A stretch of 35,040 nucleotides of DNA from Candidatus Pelagibacterales bacterium (GTDB taxonomy: Bacteria > Pseudomonadota > Alphaproteobacteria > TMED109). The notes beneath the pieces were generated by a model that was not told where the DNA came from, made no database searches, and saw only the letters and a program-made list of their open reading frames with translations. Where the stretch lies: positions 7,975 through 43,014 of the forward strand of contig PAWH01000005.1 of the NCBI GenBank assembly GCA_002714055.1, given 5' to 3'. A program made the position numbers and the translations under genes. Position 1 is the first letter of the stretch, and each line of letters begins with the position of its first letter. Positions 1-9,549 of this stretch are shown piece by piece.

Positions 1-327
1 CAAAACAATGTATCTCTTATAAAAAAAAATTTTCCTAAAATTAATAATAAGATTGCAATTGAAAAGATTGTAAGACTTATATCTCTAAGTAGGTTAGTTG
101 GTGTTCAATTAAACAATAATCCAAGTATTCTGACCTATATAGATCTTTCATTTGAAAATTCTATTTTAAAAAACAAAATTCAATTTAAGGTAAAGAAATT
201 TATAAAAAGGTTTTCTTTTTGTGAACTAAATATCCTAGGTAATGGTGTTAAAGCCCAAATAGAATCTTTCAAAATCCCAGAAATAAGAAAAATAACTTTT
301 CAAAAAATTAAAAAAAAAATTCCAAGA
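1..327 (+). CDS. 3' part of an upstream coding region, truncated by the window edge. It is stop-free and in the same frame as the SDR ORF that follows. Function unknown.
   Basis: Frame 1 reads without a stop from nt 1 (QNNVSLIKKNFPKINNKIAIEKIVRLISLS...GNGVKAQIESFKIPEIRKITFQKIKKKIPR) straight into ATG 328. A run of 109 stop-free codons is very unlikely by chance in DNA this A+T-rich. An A10 tract at 310-319 lies just before ATG 328, so a fusion and two separate genes cannot be distinguished. Confidence 0.5.
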
Positions 328-963
328 ATGCTATTTTTAAATAAAAATGTATTAATTATTGGAGGGTCTAATGGTCTAGGGGAAATTGCAGTTAATTCTC
401 TATGTGCTTTAGGTGCTAACGTAACTTTTACATATAATAATAATTATTTTAACTCAAATAAGATGGTCTTAGATTTAAAAAAAAATAATATCAAATGTAA
501 TTATTTTAAACTCGATGTAACTAAAATCGGAAAAAAAGATATAACTTTTTTAAAATCAAAAAAATTTGAAAATATTTACTATTTTGCAACACCAAAAATA
601 ACTTCTACAAACAATTTTAATAATAATCTATATAAAAGATATTTAAATTATTATGTAACATCGTTTAAAAAAATATTAAAAAATATTAATTGTTTAACGG
701 AAAAAAAAACTAAAATATTTTTTCCATCAACTATATATATTAATGAGAAAAATGAAAACTTCCCTGAATATGTAAAAGCAAAAAAAAAAGCTGAAAATTT
801 ATGTGATAGCATTAACAAAAAAAATAATTTAAAATATCATATTTTGTATGAAAGATTACCAAGAATTTACACAAGGCAATCTTCATCGTTTTATGAACTG
901 AGTTACTTTGATGGATTTAAAATTATTTTAAAAATAATAAAGAAATTAAACAAATTAAGATAA
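328..963 (+). CDS. Short-chain dehydrogenase/reductase (SDR) family protein
   Basis: N-terminal Rossmann glycine motif VLIIGGSNGLGEIAV. YxxxK active-site motif (YVKAK), preceded by FFPSTIY. Followed 4 nt later by an ACP gene. Confidence 0.7.
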   Translation: MLFLNKNVLIIGGSNGLGEIAVNSLCALGANVTFTYNNNYFNSNKMVLDLKKNNIKCNYFKLDVTKIGKKDITFLKSKKFENIYYFATPKITSTNNFNNNLYKRYLNYYVTSFKKILKNINCLTEKKTKIFFPSTIYINEKNENFPEYVKAKKKAENLCDSINKKNNLKYHILYERLPRIYTRQSSSFYELSYFDGFKIILKIIKKLNKLR

Positions 964-967
964 ATTA

Positions 968-1210
968 ATGAATAAAAACATATATTTAAGACTTTCAAAA
1001 ATATTTGATGATATTTTTGATATTAAAAAAATTAAATTAAAAAAAACTACAAACGCAAAAGATATAAGTAATTGGGACAGTATAAATAATTTAAAACTAA
1101 TTATTATTTTAGAAAAAGAATTTAAAATAAAATTTGATCCGAATGAAATAGTTGAAATAAAAAATGTAGGAGAATTAATTAAATCTATTGAAAACAAAGT
1201 TAAATCTTAG
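968..1210 (+). CDS. Acyl/peptidyl carrier protein (ACP/DltC-like)
   Basis: 80 aa. Carries the phosphopantetheine attachment motif DS(I/L) in NWDSINNLKLIIILEKEF, with the typical helical carrier-protein length and layout. Confidence 0.75.
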   Translation: MNKNIYLRLSKIFDDIFDIKKIKLKKTTNAKDISNWDSINNLKLIIILEKEFKIKFDPNEIVEIKNVGELIKSIENKVKS

Positions 1211-1213
1211 CTC

Positions 1214-2827
1214 ATGCTTTTTAATTCTTACTTATTTATTTTAATTTTCCTGCCTTTAACTCTTTTAAGTTATTATTTTATAGTTCCATTATTAAATTTA
1301 AAAAATATACCAAAACACCAATGTCGCCTCTTTGTTTTACTTATTGCATCTTTAATCTTTTATGGGTATTGGAATCCCAAATATCTTTTTTTAATAGGTG
1401 GTTCAATATTATTTAATTTTTTCCTTGGTTTAAAACTTCATTCACTAACTCAATCAGTTTCGAAAAAATTCTTACTTTTTTTAGGTGTTTCTTTTAATTT
1501 AGCTCTACTTGCCTATTTCAAATATGCTAATTTTTTTGTAGAAAATCTAGAAATTTTTTTGAACTCAACAATAGAGTGGGAAGAAATCGTTTTACCTATT
1601 GCTATATCTTTTTTTACTTTTCAACAAATTGCTTACATAGTTGATGTTTATAATAATAAAACAAACGAATATAAACTACTAAACTATTCTGTGTTTGTTG
1701 GCTTTTTTCCGCAACTTATTGCAGGTCCGATCGTTTATCATAATGAAGTAAAATCACAATATGCTAACTTAGATGTATCAAAAAACAAATATAACAATAT
1801 TAGTGTAGGAATTTGTATTTTTGCTTTAGGACTTTTTAAAAAAGTTGTTATTGCAGATAATTTATCGACCTTTTCTGATCCAATTTTTTTAGCAAATGCT
1901 GAGGGGGGTAGTTTAGTTTTTATTGAAGCGTGGATTGGTATTTTATCTTATACATTCCAACTGTATTTTGATTTTAGTGGATACAGTGATATGGCAGTAG
2001 GATTAGCAAGATTATTTTCTATTCGTTTACCATTTAATTTCAATTCTCCATTTAAGGCAATAAATATTATAGATTTTTGGAAAAGATGGCACATTACATT
2101 ATCCAGATTTATAAACGATTATTTATTTACTAATATTGCAATGTTATTTTTAAGATTTTCTGTAATGAAAAAATTAAATAATTTTAATTTTATATTATCT
2201 ATATTGTTGCCAATACTTATTACTTTTTCTCTGTCTGGCCTGTGGCATGGAGCTTCTTGGAATTTTCTATTATGGGGAACTTTACATGGATTATATATAG
2301 TAATTTGCTATTCGTGGGGAATTATATGCGAAAAATTAAATTTAAATATGTTAAAAAACAACATTTATAAATTGTTTTCTTTAATTTTAACATTTACATC
2401 TGTCACTTTAGCTTTCGTTCCATTTAGAACAAAAAATATTGAAGCAGCTTTATCATTTTATAATTCATTAATTCCTACAAAAAATATATTTTTACCAAAT
2501 GAATTAATTGGTTATTGGCAGAATTATTCTGAAACTTTCTTAAATTATATACCTTATTTTGAATTTAATTTTGAAGGAAATTACGCTCTAAAAGTTATTC
2601 AAATTCAAGACTGTCTAATTTTTACAATTATATCTTTTTTTATTGTATGGACATTTCAAAATAGTAGTAATTTTGTTAAAATTGAAAAAAACAAACTAAT
2701 ATTCCAACAATTTCAAAAATATAAAATTAATGGTTTTGGTGTTTACTATATTTATTTCTTACTTTTCTATTGTCTTTTATCATTAACAAATATAAAACCT
2801 ATACCTTACTTATATTTTCAATTTTAA
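1214..2827 (+). CDS. Membrane-bound O-acyltransferase (MBOAT; AlgI/DltB-like)
   Basis: 537-aa polytopic hydrophobic protein. It has the two MBOAT signature histidine motifs FWKRWHITLSRF and SGLWHGASWNFLLWG. Confidence 0.85.
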   Translation: MLFNSYLFILIFLPLTLLSYYFIVPLLNLKNIPKHQCRLFVLLIASLIFYGYWNPKYLFLIGGSILFNFFLGLKLHSLTQSVSKKFLLFLGVSFNLALLAYFKYANFFVENLEIFLNSTIEWEEIVLPIAISFFTFQQIAYIVDVYNNKTNEYKLLNYSVFVGFFPQLIAGPIVYHNEVKSQYANLDVSKNKYNNISVGICIFALGLFKKVVIADNLSTFSDPIFLANAEGGSLVFIEAWIGILSYTFQLYFDFSGYSDMAVGLARLFSIRLPFNFNSPFKAINIIDFWKRWHITLSRFINDYLFTNIAMLFLRFSVMKKLNNFNFILSILLPILITFSLSGLWHGASWNFLLWGTLHGLYIVICYSWGIICEKLNLNMLKNNIYKLFSLILTFTSVTLAFVPFRTKNIEAALSFYNSLIPTKNIFLPNELIGYWQNYSETFLNYIPYFEFNFEGNYALKVIQIQDCLIFTIISFFIVWTFQNSSNFVKIEKNKLIFQQFQKYKINGFGVYYIYFLLFYCLLSLTNIKPIPYLYFQF

Positions 2828-2865
2828 ATTAATAGTTTTTAATATATAAAATTTTTATTTTTTTA

Positions 2866-3591
2866 TTATTTAAAGATTTTAATTTGTTTTTCTACTTTTT
2901 TTATGTCTGAAGGATAATCAACAGAAATATTATTATCGCTTAGTTTTACGCATATAACTTTTTGATTATTTTCAATTGATCTTAATAATTCTATATTTTC
3001 TTTTTTTTCCAATTTTTTTGATTTAAAATTAGCAAATTTTTTTAAACCTTCTTTTGTAAAAGCGAATATACCAATATGCTTTAGTTTTTTTTTAATTCTT
3101 TTTTTAGAAAAATCTTCTAATCTTGTTAAAAATTTTAATTCCCCTTGTTTTGATTTATTAAGAAAAACAATTGATTTATTCTTGTTTTGCCCAGTTTTAA
3201 TCAAAGAATACCCAGTTGAAATTTCAAATTTATTTTTAATATTTTTTTTTAAAATCAGTATTACTTTATCAATATTCTTTGGATTTATAAGAGGCTCATC
3301 GCCTTGCAAATTAACATATATATCTGAATTGATTTTCTTTGTCACTTCATAAACTCTATCTGTTCCTGTTAAATGCTTAGTTGAAGTCATAGTAACTCTA
3401 ATATTATTATCTTCACAAAATTTCTTTATTCTTTTGTCATCTGTAGCAACAAGACATAAATCAGCCTCTTTTGATAATTTGGCTCTATCCCAAACATGAT
3501 GAATTAATTCTTTTTTTTTAATTTTTGCAAGAGGTTTGCCAGGGAATCTTTTTGAGGCCCATCTTGCTGGTATAATGATTGTAGATTTCAT
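2866..3591 (-). CDS. kdsB: 3-deoxy-manno-octulosonate cytidylyltransferase (CMP-Kdo synthetase)
   Basis: IIIPARWASKRFPGKPLAKI N-terminus, TGTDRVYEV, and the NLQGDEPLI motif typical of KdsB. 241 aa. Confidence 0.85.
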   Translation of the reverse strand: MKSTIIIPARWASKRFPGKPLAKIKKKELIHHVWDRAKLSKEADLCLVATDDKRIKKFCEDNNIRVTMTSTKHLTGTDRVYEVTKKINSDIYVNLQGDEPLINPKNIDKVILILKKNIKNKFEISTGYSLIKTGQNKNKSIVFLNKSKQGELKFLTRLEDFSKKRIKKKLKHIGIFAFTKEGLKKFANFKSKKLEKKENIELLRSIENNQKVICVKLSDNNISVDYPSDIKKVEKQIKIFK

Positions 3592-3608
3592 TTAATAATT
3601 ACTTTTCT

Positions 3609-4688
3609 TTATTTTAAAACTTTAATCCATTCTTCCTGGAAGTGTTTTTTATTACCTTTTTTAAGAATAGTCTTTTGTGCGTTACTACCTAAACTAATTC
3701 TTATTTTCTTATTATTAATTAATAAATTTAAATTTTTTGTTAAATCATTTTCATTATTATTATTAATTAATAAACCATTCTGTTTATGCTTAATAAAATA
3801 TTGTATGCCTGTTATCCTAGTACCTATTATAGCTAATTTGTAATACATACTTTCAATTAATGTATTTGGCATCCCTTCATATCTCGAACAAATTATATAA
3901 ATACTGGATTTTTTATACCATTCATTAATTTTTTTTGATATGCCTTTAAATATTACGTGCTGATTAATTCCTAATTTTTTTATTTCATTTTTTAAGAAAT
4001 TTAATTCTTCTCCATAACCAAAAATTACAAGTTTCCATCCTTTTTTTACAGCACAACTTTTATAAAAACTTTTAATTAATAAATTTACATTCTTTTGATG
4101 TGTTAATCTTCCAACAAATAATATTGTTTTAGTTCTATTTTTTAAAGAAACTTTTCCTTTTAACATGCAAGGATTAGGAATAAAAAGAATTTTTTTAGAA
4201 GGAACAAATTTTTCAAGAACCTTGCCTGAGCTAGGATGATTAAATAAAACTTTATTTGAGAAACGATAAAGCAAGAATCTAAGAATTTTCCAAATATAGG
4301 GTATTTTCTTTTTATTTAAATCATTTCTTTCATTAATTATTAATTTTTTATTTAAATTAAATGACGCAATAATTGAAAGAATATTGACTGTTGTAAGAAA
4401 GCTTATAATGTAATCAGGTCTGTAAACGTTAATTTTTTTTCTAATTCTTTTAATTCGAATATAAGTGTATTGAATTTTCTGAAAAATATTATTTGTTTCT
4501 TTTTCTAAATTAAGACATTCTGAGTTAACTTTAGGATTTAAATTAAAACAACGATTATTCTTTTTTTTAAAATATAAAATTCTTACTTTAAATTTTTTTT
4601 TAATTAAAAAGTTTGCTAAAAAAATTAATATTCTTTCCGCTCCACCTATCTCTAAATCTGAAATTACAAACATAATTTTTTTATTCAT
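3609..4688 (-). CDS. Glycosyltransferase, GT-B fold (family 4 / group 1)
   Basis: ISDLEIGGAERI N-terminus and a C-terminal EX7E motif (SRYEGMPNTLIESM). 359 aa. Confidence 0.8.
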   Translation of the reverse strand: MNKKIMFVISDLEIGGAERILIFLANFLIKKKFKVRILYFKKKNNRCFNLNPKVNSECLNLEKETNNIFQKIQYTYIRIKRIRKKINVYRPDYIISFLTTVNILSIIASFNLNKKLIINERNDLNKKKIPYIWKILRFLLYRFSNKVLFNHPSSGKVLEKFVPSKKILFIPNPCMLKGKVSLKNRTKTILFVGRLTHQKNVNLLIKSFYKSCAVKKGWKLVIFGYGEELNFLKNEIKKLGINQHVIFKGISKKINEWYKKSSIYIICSRYEGMPNTLIESMYYKLAIIGTRITGIQYFIKHKQNGLLINNNNENDLTKNLNLLINNKKIRISLGSNAQKTILKKGNKKHFQEEWIKVLK

Positions 4689-5593
4689 TTTTTTTGCCCA
4701 TTAAGAGTTCCAAAATTTTTAAAATATCTTAAGAAGCCGGTAACACCACTAATTTGAGCTTTAAGCATTGTTATAGAAGCAGAGTCGGTTATTAAACATG
4801 TTTTTAATAAAAAAGGATTAGTATTAAGATAATTCCATCCAATATCGCATGTACGAGAAGTTAAGTATCCTAATTTTCTTAAATATTTAATTTCTCTGTT
4901 CGAATAATCGCCATTAGGAAAACTAAAATGATTAAATTCTTTATTTAATAATTTTTTTAAATCATATTTAGATTTTCTTATTTCTTCCAATGACTCTTTA
5001 TTACTACATTTTGGCAAAATAGCATGATATCTTGAATGACTTTCAAAATTAACATATTTAATCATTTTTTTAATTTCATTTCTACTTAAGGATTGTCTTT
5101 GGAATGTATGTCCTTTATCATCTTTTGTAAAATTAAATTTTTCTTTTAGTATCTTTTCTCTTTTATTTTGAGTAATAGTTTTTAAAAACTCTTTGTTTTC
5201 ATCATCTATGATTTTAAACCAAAAGAACTTTAATGTACTGACTATTTTTGTACATAAATAAATAGTTGGCTTTACTTTATATTTTTTAAATAATTTGATT
5301 AGTTTAAAATTAGATTTGTGACCATCATCAAACGTAATTAATAATGGAAATTTAGGAATGTTAGCCCAGGTATTGTTATAAATTGAATCTGTTAAATCCT
5401 TTAACTCAATTAAATTGTATTTTTTCTTTAAATATATTAAATGTTTCTCAAACGTTTGTACTGTCGGGTTGTGATACAGAACAATTGTAACTTTTTTTTT
5501 TGCTATGAAGAATCTTATAAGAACAGGTATTCCTGAAAATAAGATAATAGTTGCAGCAATCTCTTTAAATACTTTTATAAAAAAATTTTTCAT
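4685..5593 (-). CDS. Polysaccharide deacetylase (NodB homology domain) with an N-terminal membrane anchor
   Basis: NodB motifs LITFDDGHKSN and FESHSRYH. Hydrophobic N-terminus IAATIILFSGIPVLIRFFIA. Its stop overlaps the downstream GT start as ATGA at 4685-4688. Confidence 0.8.
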   Translation of the reverse strand: MKNFFIKVFKEIAATIILFSGIPVLIRFFIAKKKVTIVLYHNPTVQTFEKHLIYLKKKYNLIELKDLTDSIYNNTWANIPKFPLLITFDDGHKSNFKLIKLFKKYKVKPTIYLCTKIVSTLKFFWFKIIDDENKEFLKTITQNKREKILKEKFNFTKDDKGHTFQRQSLSRNEIKKMIKYVNFESHSRYHAILPKCSNKESLEEIRKSKYDLKKLLNKEFNHFSFPNGDYSNREIKYLRKLGYLTSRTCDIGWNYLNTNPFLLKTCLITDSASITMLKAQISGVTGFLRYFKNFGTLNGQKK

Positions 5594-5595
5594 AG

Positions 5596-6610
5596 TTAAA
5601 AATTCGTAAACTCAAAATCGCTATCTATTAAATCAAACTGAAATGATGTATTTATTTTTTTTTTCTTTAAAAAAAAAGCAAAATTTAATTTTTTTTTATA
5701 AATCAAGAACAAATTTAAATTCTTGATAGTTTTTTTATCTATTAAAAACTTTATATAAACATAATTATTTTTATACGCCCACTTGCTTATTTCTAAAAGA
5801 AAACTTCTCAAGTAATAATTGCTAATATTTTCTGGCTTCATAAGTATTTCTAAATACATATTTTTATTTTTTTGACTTTTCTTTATTAAAAAATATTGTC
5901 TTTTATTTTTTAAACTAGCTATCAAATATTGATTTTTAAAAGGTGATTCCAATATTCTCCATTTCAAATATTTTTTATCTCTCAAAGGCTTTAATGATTT
6001 ACTTAAATTATTATTCTTATCTCTTAATTTATTTATATTTTTTTTGGATAAATTATAAAAAGAAATGGTATTCCTCGCTTTATCCATTTTGTTGAATTTG
6101 CAAAGAAAGAAGAAAAAAAATTTATTAAAAAAATCAGAAAAAAAATTATTAAATTTTTTAAGTTTAAAAGGATTAATAGGTATCACAGTTGAAAAAAAAT
6201 TTACATCTGTATTCCAGTTATAATTTTTAAATATTTTTAATGATTTTTTATTACAAAATGTTACACCTATATCTACATTTTTCATCCAAATTTTTGCTAA
6301 ATTTAGCCCTAGTTTTTTTTTTTGGTATTTACGTATTACTAAAAAATCAACAAACCAAGATGCTAAATATTTTTTTTCTTTTATTTTTATATAAAATGGT
6401 ATATGTCCTGCGTGGGAAATAATTTGTTTATTTATTAAAAAAATTTTCGGCGTTGTATATTTTGAAAAATTTATTCTATATAACCATTTCCAATTTTTTT
6501 TTAAAAAATATTTTTTTCGTGGATAATTGTTTTCATAAAATTTTAAAATATAATTTTTTTTTTAGATTTAAAATATCTTTTATTTTAATTGATGAATTAT
6601 TTAATTTCAT
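5596..6610 (-). pseudogene. GNAT-like acetyltransferase, about 337 aa if intact, interrupted by a frameshift in an A10 tract (genuine or a sequencing artefact)
   Basis: The ORF-track piece 5596-6285 stays open upstream in the same frame with no ATG: ...KKNYILKFYENNYPRKKYFLKKNWKWLYRINFSKYTTPKIFLINKQISHAGHIPFYIKIKEKKYLASWFVDFLVIRKYQKKKLGLNLAKIW-MKNVDIG. A 25-codon ORF starts at ATG 6610-6608, overlapping the FkbM stop as TAATG, and runs into the A10 tract (T10 on + at 6554-6563). Deleting one A joins the two pieces. A GNAT-like R-x-x-G-x-(G/A)-like stretch (KKKLGLNLA) and a later YLKWRILESP support the family only weakly. Confidence 0.55.
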
Positions 6611-7569
6611 TATTCTGCAGACAAAAGGACTGTCCTAAGTCCCCCTGTTTTACAAATAAGTTTAATTGCATCTTTATTTCTTATATTTTTATAAATATTT
6701 CTTACCTCTTCATCAGTTTTAATTGACATAGAAATAGGTTTGTACGAAAATTTTTTTTCTAAAAAATTTGTACCTCTTATAGAAGAAGAAGATGCTAATT
6801 TTACTTTATACCCTATAGCAAATAATCCATTTAAAATTTTTTCCATTGAGTTATTTTTATCATATTTTGAAATATGTGTTTCAAAACAAATTAAGGGCAA
6901 TTTAATAAATTTTTTTTTATTTTTTAATAAATTTTCTAAAATTTTAGTTTCGTGGCCCTCTACATCCATTCTTATTAAATCAGGAAAACATTCTTTAATG
7001 CATATATCAATTAATTTAAAGGTTTTAACTTTAATTTTAGATTTTTTATCTAACATTTTTTTGCTGGTTCCTTTAAAATGAAAAGTACCTAAATTAAAAT
7101 GCTCAGAAGTATAAAAAGTTTCGTAACCATTTTTATTAGATACAGCTCCCTCAATTATAGATGTCGATTTTTCGTTGTTAACTTTTAAGTTTTTTTTTAA
7201 TAAATTTATATTATCTGGAACAGGTTCTACTGCTATAATTTTTGAATTCCTTCCTATAAGATTTCTCTCAATCAATAAATAATATCCTATGTTAGAACCT
7301 ATATCCAAAATTTTCATATTTTTTTTCAACACTTTTTCTAAAATAATTTTATGGTCAAGCTCCCTTTCTCCAAAAAGAATTAATGTTCTAGACAAACCTT
7401 TGTCATTTAAATTTAAAAACATTTCAAAGTTATAAATCTTTTTTTTAAGGTATTTTGATAAAAGTATATTTTTATAAAATAAATATTTTAAATGATAAAA
7501 GATTGAAGATAATAATACTGTGATCCCTCTCCTGTTTAAAACAATAAAAAAATTTGTTATTTTTTGCAT
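6610..7569 (-). CDS. FkbM-family SAM-dependent methyltransferase
   Basis: ILDIGSNIGYYLL SAM-binding motif, and the PDLIRMDVEGHETKIL motif characteristic of FkbM methyltransferases. Confidence 0.8.
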   Translation of the reverse strand: MQKITNFFIVLNRRGITVLLSSIFYHLKYLFYKNILLSKYLKKKIYNFEMFLNLNDKGLSRTLILFGERELDHKIILEKVLKKNMKILDIGSNIGYYLLIERNLIGRNSKIIAVEPVPDNINLLKKNLKVNNEKSTSIIEGAVSNKNGYETFYTSEHFNLGTFHFKGTSKKMLDKKSKIKVKTFKLIDICIKECFPDLIRMDVEGHETKILENLLKNKKKFIKLPLICFETHISKYDKNNSMEKILNGLFAIGYKVKLASSSSIRGTNFLEKKFSYKPISMSIKTDEEVRNIYKNIRNKDAIKLICKTGGLRTVLLSAE

Positions 7570-7572
7570 TTA

Positions 7573-9489
7573 TTAAATATATTTTTGCTTCCAAATGATA
7601 TAAACAAGAATTGTCCAGATTTTATTTTGCCAGTTTCTTTTATAAGTAACGTGTTCATTAAATATTTTTTTTGCCTCTGAAATATCAAGTATTCCATCTT
7701 CTATTTTTTTTTGACTAATTAAATCCCAAGCCCAGTCTTTCAGTTCTCCCCTTAACCAATCCGCTAAAGGAACCCCAAATCCCATTTTCGGTCTGTTAAA
7801 AACTTTCTCGTCTATTTTTTCTTTTAAAATATTTCGTAATATTATTTTTGTTTGACCTTGATGTATCTTTAAATTTGTTGGTAGATTAAAAGCAAACTCA
7901 ACAATTCTATGGTCTAAAAACGGTACTCTCATTTCTAAACTATGTGCCATGCTAGCTCTATCTACTTTTGTTAAAATATCACCTGGTAAATAAAAATTTG
8001 CATCAGTTAATTGCATTTGTTCAACAAAATTATTATTGTTTAGTTCAAAATTAATTTTTTGATATTCTTTTAATAAGTCTTTATTTATAGGCATTTCATT
8101 TTTAGTATTAAATGATAATAAATATTCATATATTGATTTAAAATCCTTAATTCTCAAAATACCTGAAAATTTATGAATTTTATCCCCATTAATTTTTCTA
8201 TGAATTTTGTTTCCAAAAATTTTAAAAAAACTGTCGTATGTCCCTGGTGAAATATTTAAAAATAATTCTGATATTTTCTTTCGTAAAAAATATGGAGACA
8301 AAGAAAATATTGTTTTTATTTTTGATGCAAATAAATATCTATTATACCCACCAAAAATTTCATCCCCTCCATCACCAGATAAACAAACTGTAATTTTTTT
8401 TTTTACAAGTTTGGATAATAAAAAAGTTGGTAATTGACTTGAATCTGAGAAAGGCTCATCATATTCTTCAACTATATTTGAAATATTATTTAAAATCTCT
8501 TTTGGATTAATTTGTAAATTAGTATGATTACTTCCAATTATTTTAGCTATTTTAGTCGAATATTCTGTTTCATCAAATAAATCTGAATTATTATAGCCAA
8601 CTGAAAAAGTGTCGATATTTTTTTTTTGTTGACTCATTATTAATGATATAGTTGAACTATCTATACCACCAGATAGAAAAGATCCTAATGGTACATCTGA
8701 TATTAGATGTTGTGAAATAACTTTGCTTAATAAATCTTTTAATCTTTCAGTATATTCTTTTGTAGAATGAGAAAGTTCCTTATTTTTATTTATTTTTTTA
8801 CTTAAATCCCAATATTTTTTTATTTGATACGATCCTTTTGAATCAAATGATAAATAATGCCCAGGTTTAATTTGAAAAGTATTCTCAAAAACGCTATTAG
8901 GAGGGGCTATATAACCAAATTGGAAATAATACAAAAGACTTTTAATTTGTATTTTTTTTTTCCAATATTTATTAGCTATAAAACATTTTGGTTGTGAACC
9001 AAAATAAAGAATTTTATTTTGAATAGACCAATACAATGGCTTAATACCCAATCTATCCCTTGCTAAATATATTTTTCTTTTTTTTTTATCCCAAATAGCG
9101 AAACTAAACATTCCGGCTATTTTAATTAATGTTCGTTGTACACCCCAAGAATCAATAGCTTCAATTAAAACTTCAGTGTCACTATTGCTTTTAAAGGATT
9201 TTCCTTCTTTTTTTAACTCTTCTTTAATTTCTAAATAATTGTATATTTCTCCATTATATATAATGATAAATCTTTTATTTCTTGAAAACATTGGTTGTTT
9301 TCCTAATTTAGAAAGTTCTAATATGGATAATCTTCTGTGGCCTAATGCTATGCAATTTTTTTTATCTATCCAAAAACCTTTATCGTCTGGGCCTCTGCTA
9401 TAAAGACAATTTGTCATTTTCTTAATATTTAAATAAAGGTCTCTCGATCTTTTTTTATTAAGATCCCAAAATCCTGCAATTCCACACAT
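7573..9489 (-). CDS. asnB: Asparagine synthase (glutamine-hydrolysing) family amidotransferase
   Basis: MCGIAGFW N-terminal nucleophile Cys2, SDTEVL, and the PP-loop FLSGGIDSS. 638 aa. Confidence 0.85.
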   Translation of the reverse strand: MCGIAGFWDLNKKRSRDLYLNIKKMTNCLYSRGPDDKGFWIDKKNCIALGHRRLSILELSKLGKQPMFSRNKRFIIIYNGEIYNYLEIKEELKKEGKSFKSNSDTEVLIEAIDSWGVQRTLIKIAGMFSFAIWDKKKRKIYLARDRLGIKPLYWSIQNKILYFGSQPKCFIANKYWKKKIQIKSLLYYFQFGYIAPPNSVFENTFQIKPGHYLSFDSKGSYQIKKYWDLSKKINKNKELSHSTKEYTERLKDLLSKVISQHLISDVPLGSFLSGGIDSSTISLIMSQQKKNIDTFSVGYNNSDLFDETEYSTKIAKIIGSNHTNLQINPKEILNNISNIVEEYDEPFSDSSQLPTFLLSKLVKKKITVCLSGDGGDEIFGGYNRYLFASKIKTIFSLSPYFLRKKISELFLNISPGTYDSFFKIFGNKIHRKINGDKIHKFSGILRIKDFKSIYEYLLSFNTKNEMPINKDLLKEYQKINFELNNNNFVEQMQLTDANFYLPGDILTKVDRASMAHSLEMRVPFLDHRIVEFAFNLPTNLKIHQGQTKIILRNILKEKIDEKVFNRPKMGFGVPLADWLRGELKDWAWDLISQKKIEDGILDISEAKKIFNEHVTYKRNWQNKIWTILVYIIWKQKYI

Positions 9490-9501
9490 ATTATTTTTTA
9501 A

Positions 9502-9549
9502 TTAACTTTCTTAAATAGTCCGAGTATAAACCCTTTGTTAACTTTCTTA
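9502..9549. repeat. Exact 12-nt direct repeat TTAACTTTCTTA (+ strand), two copies 36 nt apart, in the rfbA-asnB intergenic spacer
   Basis: The copies lie at 9502-9513 and 9538-9549. On the coding (-) strand the repeat reads TAAGAAAGTTAA. The second copy contains the rfbA stop codon, and the first ends 12 nt upstream of the asnB ATG. Confidence 0.6.

Noticed and set aside
2828-2865. Possible bidirectional terminator in the 38-bp convergent gap between the MBOAT gene and kdsB, including the near-palindrome ATAAAATTTTTAT at about 2846-2858.
   Set aside because: It is a pure A/T near-palindrome with no G+C stem. Such sequences are abundant by chance here and would form no stable hairpin.
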